This document shows, one piece after another, positions 1 through 12,278 of a stretch of DNA of 64,000 nucleotides (its first letter is position 1; each line of letters opens with the position of its first letter). The DNA comes from Microbotryum violaceum (Eukaryota), in the NCBI GenBank assembly GCA_001244265.2, contig CDLV01000013.1:372001-436000 (forward strand), written 5' to 3'. The notes below the pieces were generated by a model. That model did not search any database. It was not told the DNA's origin and worked only from the letters and a program-made list of their open reading frames with translations. Made by a program: the position numbers and the translations under genes.

Positions 1-111
1 GGATGTTGGTGCGGCGTTGAGGGTCCGAACGAAGGCGTCGGGCTTATAGTCAGGATGTCCCTCGAAGTAGTCAGGTCGGAACTTGAAGCGATTCCATTTA
101 TGCCTGCCCAT
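1..111 (-). CDS. Partial coding exon of an unidentified gene running off the left edge (MGRHKWNRFKFRPDYFEGHPDYKPDAF...)
   Basis: Open frame from ATG at 111 to the window edge; preceded by a possible CAG acceptor; no family recognised. Confidence 0.3.
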   Translation of the reverse strand, partial: MGRHKWNRFKFRPDYFEGHPDYKPDAFVRTLNAAPTS

Positions 112-483
112 TGTCTGATGCAAATCCGAGAATGTATTACTGTGTGTTACAATAGTTGGTGCTCGTGTTAGAACTGAGGCGGGTCTGATTTGGCGCTGAG
201 CGGGGGAGGCTAGAAGAGACAGTTCTGTGGGCGATTGCACAAGTACTCCCTAATAATAGGTCAATCTCATTAGCAAGTTGCCCTAGTCCTGGGGCCATCC
301 AGCAACCCGGGTTGCAGGGGGGGCAACATGTATGCCACTTTTTAGCGTGCTTATATATGTAGCCAGAGGTGGACGGTCGCACGTCCCTCTCGCTCCTCCC
401 TCCTGTCACCTCGAGCGCTGCTTATCTTCTGCAGCCTCCTCATCCCACCCCGCTCCGACCTCTCTGCTATTGGTACCTCTTTC

Positions 484-2658
484 ATGTCTTGTATCCGCCC
501 TGCTACGCCAGGTAAGTCGTCATTGATCGAGCCACACTGTGCAACCCCCGTGGCGAGTGCGCATGTACTGAACCCCGCGCTGCCCGTCTCCGTCTCCGTG
601 TCCCCCCCGTCACCCACACCCCACGCACCCCGTCACACACCGACGGACTGTTCGTCTCCGTCTCCGCGCTCGCTTCCCACTCTCTCGCAGGCACGGTTGT
701 CGTTCTTGCTGGTACTGTTGTGAGCTCAAGCTCATTCGAAAAAGAAGATACCGTCCTACTGCGGTGCTGATCCTCCTTGTTGGTTTCCCGTCACTCACAG
801 CTCTTGGCGCTCGTCTCCGTGTCGGTGCCGATCCTCAAGCCATTCTACTTCCTCAAAGCCGAGGTCGCCAGCAACGAGATCATCCTGGGCGTGTGGGGCT
901 ACTGCTCAGGTTCCAATTGCACTCAGCCCAAGCTTGGCTATGCACTTGGTCAGTGCAGTCCCCATGACCCGTCACTGCACATCCCGGCCTCAAACTGACG
1001 AGGGCCCGACGGGCGATGACGATCATTCACCATGCACCAGATCTGGCCCACGTATTCGGTTATTCGGGAGTCGATGGTATCGCTTTGACCGAGAGTATCC
1101 CCAATGCGCTCGTCAAGGGACTGACCTACGTCCTCGTCCTGCACCCCGTCGGTACGTCTCCTACTTACCCCTCGACTCGGCTCGGGCGCCTACTATCCAA
1201 GTTGCTTCGGGTCTGCTGCAAACAGAAACTTTCATCGCTGATCACGTACTTTGTGTTTGAATACAGCCGCCGTCTTTGGAGCCACCTCTGTCCTACTCGG
1301 TCTTTTGGCGCACATCCGAGGCTTCGGAGGGACATGTTGGACCACCTTCTTCGCCTCGTTGGGCGCCTCGACCGCACTCCTCGCTTTCGCCATCGACATG
1401 GCTCTCTTCCTCATCGCGAAGAAGAGGATCACGTCCAGCTCCGTCGGAGGTGCAGCTAGTCTGGGTGCGGCATTATGGATGACGTTGGCGGGAGGATTGC
1501 TGCTCATGGTTTCGGGTTGTTTCTTCGGCGTAAGTAGTTGTTTGTGCTGCTAGATCACATCGTGGAGTATCAATCGGAGGTCATACATAGTCTAATCTAA
1601 CAATTTTTATACACCTACTCTAGTGCGGTGGTCGAATGGTCACCGATCGGGCCTCGCGTCGAGAAGACTCAGAAAAGAATAGGCCCGGACCGGATCCGGC
1701 CTACAGTGAGCACATGCGCAACTCAGCCTACCAGCAACAACAATACAACACTCGGAACGGGGGTAACAACCTGCCCACGTTTGCCGAGTTTCATAACAGC
1801 GAGGCGATACCTCTCAATCAGATGGGGGAGAAGAACGATTTCGATGACGACGTGAACGATGCAGGATACGTCGGGAGGGCGCCGTATCGGTCGGGTGGAG
1901 CGGCCGTAGCTGGTGTCGGACAAGGGTACGGACGACGTAATGATGGTCCCGTCCTGACTGGCGGAGGACCAACCTCGCCCCAACGATACAACAGCCCTTC
2001 GGCCTACCCACCCCCGCCGAGAAGAACCACGTCTGCCTCCCCTCCTCCAGCCCCATACGGCGGGACGACCGAACCCTTCCAATCCATGTCCGCTTCCAAC
2101 GGGAAGTTGACCAAGCCGCTTCGACCCCCCTCCCCTCCTACACCACAAGAGCACTTCCATCCTTCCCAAGCCTATGCCGCCTTCGTTGCTCGCCCACCTT
2201 CGACGGTCGTCACGGGCACACCTGAGCCTTCGAGTCCGACGGGCGGCAACAACTTCCATGGATCGAGGGATATCGCTTACCAACCCATGTCGTCTGCTTC
2301 GCCTGCACCGGGTCAGGACCAGTATGGGGGCTATCATCATCAAGCAACCCATCAGCCGACTTATCGCGGGAACAATGATTTAGCGCAAGTCGCTCGTCAG
2401 CATACTGGCCCAGCTCCCTCTTACAACACCTATCAACCGGATTATGCCCAGCACATGCCGACTCATCAGGAGCATCAGCACTACGATTCTCAGCCGCAGC
2501 ACCAGGGGTATGATACTAACGCTCCTCTGCACCAATACAATTACGATGCGCCCGTACAACACGGCTACGACTCGACGCCCCAGCAGCAGCAGCAGTCCTA
2601 CCAGTATGGAGGGCCACAATACGACCAATACCAGCCGCATCAACAAACACGGTATTAG
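484..2658 (+). CDS. SUR7/PalI (Rim9) family membrane protein with long Pro/Gln/Tyr-rich C-terminal tail; multi-exon
   Basis: MSCIRPATPG then GTAAGT donor; exons give LLALVSVSVP, LGVWGYC..C..PKLGY, LTYVLVLHP, FAIDMALF, SLGAALWMTL; low-complexity last exon 1624-2658. Confidence 0.8.
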
Positions 2659-2963
2659 GATGCTCCAAATTTGTACAACACCACTCCGAGTATGGAATCA
2701 AGAGATTAAGACACTACGCGAGTATGTGAAGTTGTACGAACGCAGCTTCTCTCGCTCTTTTGGCACTCTCCTCTTTGAAACCTTGTAGCACTCTCACGGT
2801 TGCTTCAGCTCCTTGCATCGACACTTGTCTAGGTATATTGTAACGATTCTGTTGATACCGAGATCAAAATGACATAGACACGCTTTCTCGTCGCGGAGTG
2901 ATGTGTCATACAAGGTTTCGTCGTTGCATCTCTCCCAAACAACCCCAACGTAATGAGCACTGT

Positions 2964-5006
2964 CTAAGACTTGAGACCGTGCTGAGCCTTCAAAGCCGCA
3001 TGCACCGCATATTCCTGGGAGCGAAGCCAGACGGCCGATCAGTTCCAGGCTTCTCGAGACCGTCACTCCCAAGATGCTTCCAGCTAACCTTTTGGATCAA
3101 ATGCGTGCTCTTCTCAATCAGACCCATCAACTTGCCGACATCCGAACTCCACTCGTTCAATACCTCGTCCCCGGATTTAGGTGCTTGGAAACTGACGATT
3201 CCGGCCGGCCGATCGATCTTGGCGTACACCGTTTTAGACGACACGAGGGAGGAAAGGAACGCTTCCGTCTTTGCTGGTGTCAGGTCCAAGAGTTGCGAGA
3301 GGCGGGTGATGGTCATGCGGGTGTAGTACTTTGACAGCGTTCGGATGTTCTGTTTTGTACAACGCCAACCATGGGTCTTAAGGTCAGTCAGTCGTGCTGT
3401 GCTGTGCTGTGCTTCGATCGAGTCCAGGCTACGCACATGTTCGATAATCCGATCGTGCAGGACCTCGTACCGTTTATCGCCCTGCGAATGCTTCGAGTCC
3501 TCTTCGATATCCCCCGCGACCCCAGCGACTCCGGTAGGACCAAAGACTTTGGTCTGCCGCAAGCTGGCGCCATACAGACCTTCAATCCCGGGCCATCGCA
3601 TCAGCTCGGGCGCTGTGAAGCACTTCATCAGGTCGCTGGGGGTGATAGAGATGCAGCGTCAGATACCGGGGCCACAGGTCTGGAGGAAGCGAAGAAGTGG
3701 GGGCCGAACTCACTAAGATTCGGTAACCTTGACGAGCTTCTCGTCCTTGAAGACGCGGGCCAAAAGATCAGACTGCTCATTGTCGTAAGGTGCGAGGATG
3801 ACAAAGTAGACGATGTTGCGCAGTACGGCGGACCACTTGGCCTCGTCGTCCTGTATCGAGGGGGTTTCGTAGACCTGGCGATAGAACTTGCAGACATCGA
3901 GGTACTTGCCCGCGTTAAGCCCCCAGAGGATCATCAACGAGTAGTATCGAAGTTTGAGGTCCTGTATCGGAGAACTCAAGTCAGATGAGCATTATCGCAT
4001 GCGGCACGCCGCGCGCTGTCGCCAGCGGTCGACGTACCTCGTGCTCCTTCTCGGTCAACCACTTGACGTTGATGCGCTTGGCGACGATCCCAAGCTTGTC
4101 CCAGTCCTCGAGAGCCTTGAGCAGACGCATCTGTTCGAGGATAAAGTCGACCTTTTCCCGTCGTTCCATCGAGCCAAAGGTCTCGACCTGGAGATCCTGC
4201 ATAAGCTCGTTCGCTTTGGCGAGGTCGCCCTCCTTCTCGCGAATGGTGGCGAGCATGCGCGTGACGCGTGCACGTGGTACTTCGAGGTAGATCTGCGTAG
4301 AGTTGACCGTGTTAGATTGGTGCATACACGTCCTGAACACGCGCACCAGACTGACCTTGCCCTCTGTAACGTCCCTGAGGGTCTCGATCAGGTCGAGCTT
4401 GGGTTTGCCGTCGAGATTGTCAAGGTAGGTCATGGCCTCATCGACCATCTTCTGCGTGGCCTGCCTCAGTTGCCCATGCTTCTTGGAGAGGAGGGTGATG
4501 TGGGTGTTGAGTAGGTCGTATTGCTTGTGTTGGTGCAGGATCGAGATGATGGCGATCAGCACTCGGGTCGTGGAAGCCAGATCGGCCGACTGTGGAGGCT
4601 CGGAGGTGGGCAGTCCAGAGTTGAAAGCGTAGGCCAGTGAGACGGATGAGAGCAGTGGGCCAGAGGTGATAGAAGCGTGTCAATGGCATAGAACAGGAAG
4701 AGGATCCGAGTGGGGGCAGCACTGACGTTGCGAGTGAGCTTCTCGAGCGTCAACAGCTTGTCGAGCGCTTCTTGGACCTGGCCCGACTGTGTTGATGGGA
4801 GAACTGGGATCAGTACTTCTACTGCTAGTGACTGTCTGATCGTGCGAGGACTCACACTGGCCAGCGATTCGGCGACGGGGATCGTCTGCAGCGAGGTCAA
4901 GTCAGCCAGCGCCAGAACATTCACGCGCTGTAGCATCCTTCGAAGCACACACCTCATCACAGTCCTTGGTGTGGTCGGCCTCTTGTTTCCGCGGCGCTTG
5001 CGACAT
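2964..5006 (-). CDS. RPN5: 26S proteasome lid subunit Rpn5 (PSMD12); multi-exon
   Basis: LSKKHGQLRQA, LQVETFGSMERREK, ILAPYDNEQSDL, PCI domain YYTRMTITRL..AKIDRPAGIVSF; ATG at 5006; last exon EYAVHAAL...stop. Confidence 0.95.
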
Positions 5007-5239
5007 GGTGGGCCGAGTGTTACTTGGATCGTGGGGTGGACCGAGGCAGAGTAGGGTGAACGGCGCTTGCGCGTCGCGTGGGGGTCTGTAGGGGTCTGTC
5101 GTCATGTACCGAAACGCTTGGACCTCCTCGCCACGACTGCTTCTCAACTTGAAGCTCAGTCCAACACTTCAGCAACACCCACACAGGACTGCAAGCACAA
5201 GTTCACTACATACTAAACAGAAATCGCTATTTTCCCAGG

Positions 5240-7368
5240 TCAATACGGATACCCCTTCGCACCCCTGACTCCAGAACCATCCTCCTCCATTTCAACGACG
5301 CCCTCGGCAACTTGAGCAGCGTGCCTTTCATCGAGACCACGCAAAATCGCCGGGATATACAGATAGCCTGTCTTGTAGTTTCGCACCTCGTCCGGCCAGC
5401 TCTATTCATGAGCGTCGCAGGTTGGGATCCCGATTCAGCCGGCGAAATCGACTCCAGATGAGAACTTGAGCCGCCGTTCGTTCAGGGGCTCAGGACTCAC
5501 TCGAATCGCCGAAGCCATACGTCCCGGCACACCCGGCTCCTTCGCCAGCTCAGCGAGAGGGTGAAAGTATGTCCTGCAGCGCAGAAAGGTCATACAATTT
5601 AGCCATTCCACTCAGTTAAAGTTAATCTTTGGACCCTGCAATCGAAGGCACTCACCGGATCGTGAACAAGATGCAACCCGCCGCGTCTTGGGCATACGCC
5701 TCAACGTTTGCCGCTCAGATCGATACCACACCTCTTCAAATCTGTGGTGAGGAGAGCCGTATCTCCAAATATGCCAGCTCGCTGCATAAACTGAGTATGC
5801 TTACGCCGTGGCAGGCTGGGGTGCCTTCCAGTTGGGGCCATTTAATTGCGCGAGGAGCTCCGGGTCGGGGCCTTTGGTCGCCTCGTCAAATATTTGCTCC
5901 TGTCGACAGGGAAGGATCGCTCATCAGTATGTTGACGTTCGCTGGCTCTTCCCCTTTGTAAAATTATCTACTCACGGGACCATTCGTGTGATTTGACCAA
6001 GCGACCTGGTCATCGATCCGGAACGTGTACTGAAGGTTGTCAAGAAGTATGATGCCACCAAAGGAGGGACTTAGCCTTCGACATCCGAGTCAAAAATGAG
6101 ACAGTTTATCGTTCCAAGAAGACCTACATTATACCTCTGCACCGGTTTACCGCAATTGAGTTTCTGGAAGAAGCGCTCGATCGAAACTTGAGCTTGGTCG
6201 GCCACCCGGGCACCTCACCACTCGAGTGAATGTAGTCGAGCGAGCGACCAATCTTGTCCTTGAGCCGCCAAAAACCGGCGGTACAGATCGATCCTGCTTG
6301 GAAGCTTCGGAGAGGGGTGCAGGAGGAACCGCGGTAAGACAGATGATGCGTGGCGATCTCGGGACAGCGAGGAAGAAAGTTACTAGTATTCGCCGTCTGT
6401 ACCTTCGCACATGACGGCCAGGTCGTCCTCGGTAAGCATTAAAGTCGCGCGGAGTTGTCAATTCTAGTCTACCTCTACGAATGAGAGGCTGTCGGACGAA
6501 CGTACATGCAGCAACCCTCATCGGATTCCACTCCTTACCCTCGACCCTTTCAATCTCGGCAAAATCAAACACATCCTCCGTGATCTTATTCTCAATGACC
6601 CTAACACATCCAGCCTCCTTTCCACTCAACAAATCGCCCCATGAACTCTCATCTTGCTCGTCATACTTGACTCGCTTGACAGTGAAGTAACGCGGATATC
6701 GGATCGCGAGGTATGACGCCATTTCGACGAGACATTCGAATGCCTGCGGTCGGAAGTCGGGCATCACTCGATTCGCTTCCTCCCCTTGGGTCCGAGTGCG
6801 ACGAGAAACAATGTCAAGAGTTTTTTGATAGCTGAACGGTGGTCGGAATAATCAGTGTAAGATGTGAACTCTTAGCTATGCCCTGCCTTGCTCCGAGCAA
6901 CCGAAGAATTTGTACTTACTCCGAATCCAATTCTAGCCATGTATCCCATGGCATCGGCCGGATCCCCATGTTGATCGGATAGCTGTCAACCTTTCCAAGT
7001 CTTAGTGATCATGGTTCTCGCGATGTATATTCTCGGACGTGCACCCTGATGCTCGACTTACGTAGGGCCCCACCGAAAGGGGCGAAGAGGGACAGGCTTG
7101 GTGTGATCGACATCAAAGTCCGTCCAGGGCTCGACTATGGGGTACTCGAACGCGACTGGATCCCATGCTGATGTTCATAATAGTTGAGTTGTTAGCTCGT
7201 CGGCGTATGTTCGATAGTAAAGAGCGTCACTCATGAACCGATCCACGATGCCCGAGCTTGCAAACGACTCGGCTGATCTAGCGCCTATTTCCCCATTTCG
7301 GAGTGGAAGCGCTGGTTGCCTGGCACCGGTTCGTCGACTGCGCTATGGCGAGGTGCGAGGGGAGCCAT
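5240..7368 (-). pseudogene. DUF3445 (heme-dependent oxidative N-demethylase alpha-like / HRQ family) pseudogene
   Basis: Motifs PLRPFRWGP, MGIRPMPWDTWLELD, EDDLAVM, GFWRLKDKIG, RSERQTLRRMPK, RTYFHPL..LAKEPGVPGRMASAIRSWP; lesions are an acceptor AG>AA at 6439-6440, a 1-nt deletion at ~6185 and a 5-nt insertion at ~5680; 5' end uncertain. Confidence 0.8.
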
Positions 7369-7469
7369 GAAAGATGCAAATAAGACCATGGACTCACTAC
7401 CAAATACTCTCTCCTTCTCCAACGTTGGAGAGCCTGGAGACAAGCCTGTCTTGGGTTGTAGCGCACTGA

Positions 7470-8489
7470 GCCAAGGCTACGCTTAAGCTTAGTTAGTTAA
7501 CTAACTACGCCACCGCAAATAGTTAACTAACTATCCCAACTATTGAGGCATAGTTGATAGTTAGTTAGTTCGGGCTCGGAGGATATCATAGTTAACTATT
7601 GTAACTATGGCAACTATAGGGGTCGCCGAGGACTGCCGGGGAACGGTGCATTGGCCGAGATGGCGATTTCTTGACGACGCCTTGGGCCGCCTACGATGCG
7701 GAACGCGCCTTTTCCGCTGGGCGCCGTACCATTAATCAACTGCAACACGCCACTTCCGGGTCCCTCTTGAATGCTAAGACGTGGTGTGGCAGCTGGGCCG
7801 GCGCTGTTGCTGAGAATGACGCTGCTCGTAAGAAAATTGGTTGCAGTGATCGAGTTACGCTGATATTTACTCGTGAGTTTTTTCTGTTGTCCTGCCGCAC
7901 CTTCTGGTCTCATCACTGACTCCAACTCTGCATACATATCTACAGCTATCGTCAGATTGTCATACAGCGCGCAGCCCTCAAAGGTCGTGTCCGCCAAGAC
8001 GCGCGCCACAGGAACTAGTAGAGAAACAATTCACCTCGATGATGATGATGAGGTGTAAGTCTGTCATGTAGAATCTTGTTCAAATGACAGATTACTGTTG
8101 TCAACGGTTGTTTCAAGAGTAGGTCTACCGCTCGAGTTCACTATACTATTACACTATCATAAGAGGGTAGTTTGAGAGCATGGCATCGAGCGGCTCTCAC
8201 AAGTCGGTGGCAGAGCCAGAGGATCAAGAGGTTCAATACAGCCACACAATTGCTGCATACTGCTGAGCCGTATGGGGTAATTGCGTTTGGTAAGCCCTCA
8301 ACGACGCTCGGCGTGCGTCATTATTAGGGGCCATTTTGATAGTTTTTCATAGTTAACTATCCCAACTATAGTTAGTTAACTAACTATTGGGTCATAGTTG
8401 ATAGTTAGATAGTTATGGCTGGAAGGTGGGATTTCACACATAGTTAACTAACTAACCATGGAGCAACTAAGCTTAAGCGTAGCCTTGGC
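7470..8489. mobile_element. Non-autonomous TIR DNA transposon (MITE / deleted hAT-like), ~1.02 kb
   Basis: Perfect 25-bp TIRs gccaaggctacgcttaagcttagtt (7470-7494) and aactaagcttaagcgtagccttggc (8465-8489); dense TAGTT/AACTA subterminal repeats at both ends; no intact transposase. Confidence 0.9.
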
Positions 8490-8906
8490 GCACTCCGGCG
8501 TCGGCTTTGGCGACAGGCGCTTACCCCACGAAGCGCCAGAAACAGCCCCACGATAAGGAGCGATAGTAGTAGAGGCAGGGACATTATTTGTGCCGTGTAC
8601 GAAGGACCGCTCCCGTCCGCTTCGTGCTTTCAAGATGTAGGAAGTGCAGAAGGGATACCAAAAGCAAGACCACAAGAGGGATTTAACGGTAGACGACTGA
8701 AGTGTTGGCACTCCGAGGCGCTTATGATTATCGTGGGCGCTTGGCGCACCAGGCGCACTAGGCGCGGTCCCAAAGCCCCACGCAATGCTCAAGCACTCCG
8801 GTCGCGGGTGATAAGCGATCCTGCAAAACATCCCACGACTCCGGCGATAAGGTGAAAAAGGTCCAACTAATTACAATAAAACGCTGCGACGAATCTAGGA
8901 TCTCCC

Positions 8907-11746
8907 TTAGCCGTTGTTGCCCCTTCGTCCGCCGCGCTTGATCCGATCGATGTGGTTGCGCAGCTTCTTGCTCTTCTGCTGCAGCGACGACGTATTCTTT
9001 TTCCTGACGTTGCGCGAGTTGGCGACCATAGCAAAGGCCTTCTTCTTGCGCTTCTCTTCGTTCGTCGTCGAGTGTTCCTTCTCGCCGAGCTTCTTGTGCT
9101 TGAGCGAGCCAAACTTTTCACGGCCTTCGCGGCCTTCGGCGATAAGCGCCAGACGCTCCTCATACGACGCCTTGGCTTTCTTCTGTACACCGATGATGAC
9201 ACCTTCGGTCAAGAACGACGAGGACTCGCCCGTATTGGCCTTGCGTGCCGCGGCCAAAGCTGCAAGCTTGCGGCGTGCTGCACCACCACCACCGTTCTTG
9301 GCCTCTTCCTCCGCCGCGGCCGTGCGCAGTTCGTTGATCTTGGCAAAGTCTGCAGGCGTGAGGATCTTGGTCATGGCGAGCTCGGAAAAGGTTGTTCCGG
9401 CCAGTTCCTTGTTGGCTCGGGTTAGTGACATCTCGTCCTCGTCCTCGGGGTCGACAACGCCGGTGAATTTGACCATTTTGATCGCCGTGCCTTGCTCATT
9501 TCCCTCTTCTTCGTCCTCAACCTTATCCTCTTCCTCGCCACTCTCATCATCCTCTTCCTCCTCATCTTCAGCTTCACCGTCCTTTTCTTCCTCATCGAAA
9601 GCGATCTTGTCATCCTCGACCAACCCAGCCACCTCGACGACCTTCTTGCCCTTGGCTTCTTTCTTCTCGATCCTCCTCCTCTTCCTCACATTCATCGTTT
9701 CCTCATCGTCATCCGAGTCCGAAATGTCGATATCCTCTTCATCACTCGAGACATCATTCCAACCGCCCGAAGAATCCGAATCGTCCTCGTCGAGTTCCCA
9801 ATCATCCCACTCGGCCTCCTCATCGACTTCCTCACCCTTGGCCTCGCGCTCAGCCAAATGTTGCGCCAATAGATCTAACCCTTCGATCCCCGTCGCGTCT
9901 TCCCTCGATTGACCAAACCCAAGCGGTTGCATCTCATCCGTCGCCTTCATCGACGCGACCTTGCCTCGATCGCGACGCTGTAACAAGCCGGGGTTGACCT
10001 CTCGGTACAACGCGAGCAATCCCCGAGCAGCGACCATGACACCCTTGTCCTTGCTCAAGCGGTACTCGACCAAGTCGTCCAAGAGATCCTTCTCCATGCA
10101 CCAAGGTTGACGACGGCAAATCTCGGTGATGGCATTTAAACCAGCGGCGTTGACTTCGGCTGCGACACCAGAGTGGACGAACTCGTGCGCGAGCTTCCGC
10201 ACGACGGGCGTCAATTCGTCCGGCGGGGTCAACTCGTGCACCGATTCGGCCAAAGCGACGAGGATCGCGGTGATTTGAAGTTGATGGTGGGTGAGGTACT
10301 TGACGATGTAAGAGTAGAAGCTCAGGACGGTCAACTTGTGCGAGCCGCAGACGCGACCAAACAGTTGCATGACCAAGACCTTGTGGTCGAGCGTGTAGGA
10401 GCGATCGTACTTGACCAAAGACTGATAAAGCTTCTCGCCAAACGTCTGCGGGTCGTTGAGCAATTGTAGAGCGGAAAAGTTGCCCGTCACTTCGGCAGCA
10501 GCGGCTTCGCGTTGACGACGCTTGGCGTTGGCGTTCTTGATGTCTTTTTTGGCTCGTCGCTCGGTCGACTTGCGCTTCTTGTTGATCTCTTGTCGATGCT
10601 TGACCGTCTTGATATCGGGACCTTCATCCTCCTCGTCCGACGAGTCCTGTCCACCTTCTTTACTCCCATCGGGCAAGGCAAGGAAGAAATGCATCGCCGC
10701 CGACTGGACTTTGGTGTCGGGGTGGAAGCACGCCGAGGCGACGATCGAGACCGTTCTCGCGTCCCGCCACACGTTCTTGCGCCACAGATCAGACGCGATC
10801 TTGACAGCCCACATGGCCTCCCTCGCACCTACAATCTTGACATCTCCTCGACGCGAAGGCTTGACGCCCGTACCGAGTCGCTCGGCTTCGGCGTCGATCC
10901 CTTTTTCGATCATGCCGAACAAGAGCCCCTGGACCATGCGGTTGAGTTTGAGGTTCTTGGTCTTGAGATTGGCGTTCCTGATGTCACCGAGAATCGTCTT
11001 GAGGATGAAGGAGCGGAGATTGGGCGACGTCGTCAATGAAAGCAACGGGAACAAGGTCTTGAGGAGTCTGTTCGCGGACGAATGGACCTCAACTGTGAGC
11101 ATTCGAGGTCGATCGAAAGATCGCAGGAGTGTACTGACTCTACACCGGAGATAACTTCTCGCCTGCGCAACAAGACAAGACCTTGCATCATCGTCTTGCG
11201 CATCTCGGGGCCGAGCTGTACTCCTCCACCACTGACGCCGTTGCCGACTAGGCTGATGGATCCGGCCGCGCTCGAGGTCGCAGGGGTCGGAGCCGACGAT
11301 AGGAGCAAGTTCGACAGCGTTGACGGAAGCGAGGACGTCATGGTCGGGTACAAATGAGCGACCTGCGGAAGGACAGTTGCACATGAGTATCATCCATAGA
11401 AACACAAATGAGTTCCATTTCGAAAGATGCAAGAAGGACTAACCTGACAGACAAAGCCAGTCACTTCTCGGAGCTTGTCCTCGTCGCCCTTGGCGCCTCC
11501 CAAGCCCAACTGCACAATCTTGACCAAACTACCAAAGCGCGCCCACTGCACGGCAAACTCCTCGGCATAACTGTCACTGGAACGCTTGATGAGGTTCTGC
11601 AGCGAAGGCAGCGAGGTGGTGATGAGCGCTCCGCGGGCAGTCTTGACCCTGAGCGCATTCGGCGCGGCTTGCTGGCGTGACTTTGTGGACGACTTGGCGT
11701 TCTTGATCGTCGGGGCGATGCGTTTGTGCACCTCGACTGCGGCCAT
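8907..11746 (-). CDS. SDA1: SDA1 (60S ribosome biogenesis/export factor); multi-exon
   Basis: LPSLQNLIKR, ALQLLNDPQTFGEKL, GLNAITEICRRQPW, KILTPADFAKI, GREGREKFGS, STTNEEKRKKKAFAM; ATG at 11746. Confidence 0.93.
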
Positions 11747-12140
11747 GGTTTTGGCGAGGTGGTCGGTCGAATCGATGGATCGACACGGTGTAGAGCCGAG
11801 TCGAACCGAGCGCGAACCCCGCTGAGCCTTCGCCTTCGCAGCCGAGCTCGGGCCGGGCCGGTCAGCCCTCGAGTCGGGCTGCGAAAGCTCGTGCAAGCTC
11901 GTGCGGGCGCAGTTGATCGCGGCGCCGATGCCGATCGCCGAACGGGCCCAGCCGGTCAGCTCGAGTGCAAGCCCAGAAAATATTGCGAAAAATGCGGTAC
12001 ACTTCCCACGCCTCTGATAATTCTGAATTACTCTTCTTCCACAATATGCCCGAGCTTAATTTTCAAAAGTGTTGGAGTCAAACCATCTCGAACGCCGCCG
12101 CAGCTCCCGCCCTTCCTGCCCCTGCCCCGGCCAAATAAAC

Positions 12141-12186
12141 CGCGTCAGTACCGCCGCGTCGGTGACCCGCTCAACGCGTCGCGCGC
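12141..12186 (+). promoter_or_regulatory. Cluster of MCB-like (ACGCGT/CGCGTC) motifs upstream of the RFC gene in the SDA1/RFC divergent promoter
   Basis: CGCGTC at 12141, 12155 and 12175 (full ACGCGT 12174-12179); MCB control of replication genes is established in yeasts; function here is inferred. Confidence 0.3.
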
Positions 12187-12278
12187 CTACGCGAGTCGAT
12201 GCCAGCTTGAGCTTTGCCTGTCCCGCCATACGACCAGCCATTCTCCTAGCCCATCCAGCCGAGATTTGTTTGCCCACA

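Noticed and set aside
7491-7620. Repeat array considered as CRISPR-like or telomeric
   Set aside because: Eukaryotic context, irregular short units with no spacers; explained as transposon subterminal repeats
7614-8030. 131-aa ORF inside the TIR element, with a faint STS-PVARV resemblance to the hAT dimerisation motif
   Set aside because: Needs a frameshift and is too weak to call a transposase without an HMM search
8914-9912. 332-aa plus-strand ORF and similar long antisense ORFs over SDA1, RPN5, LAT1 and INO80
   Set aside because: Shadow frames of GC-biased coding sequence on the opposite strand; no family motifs
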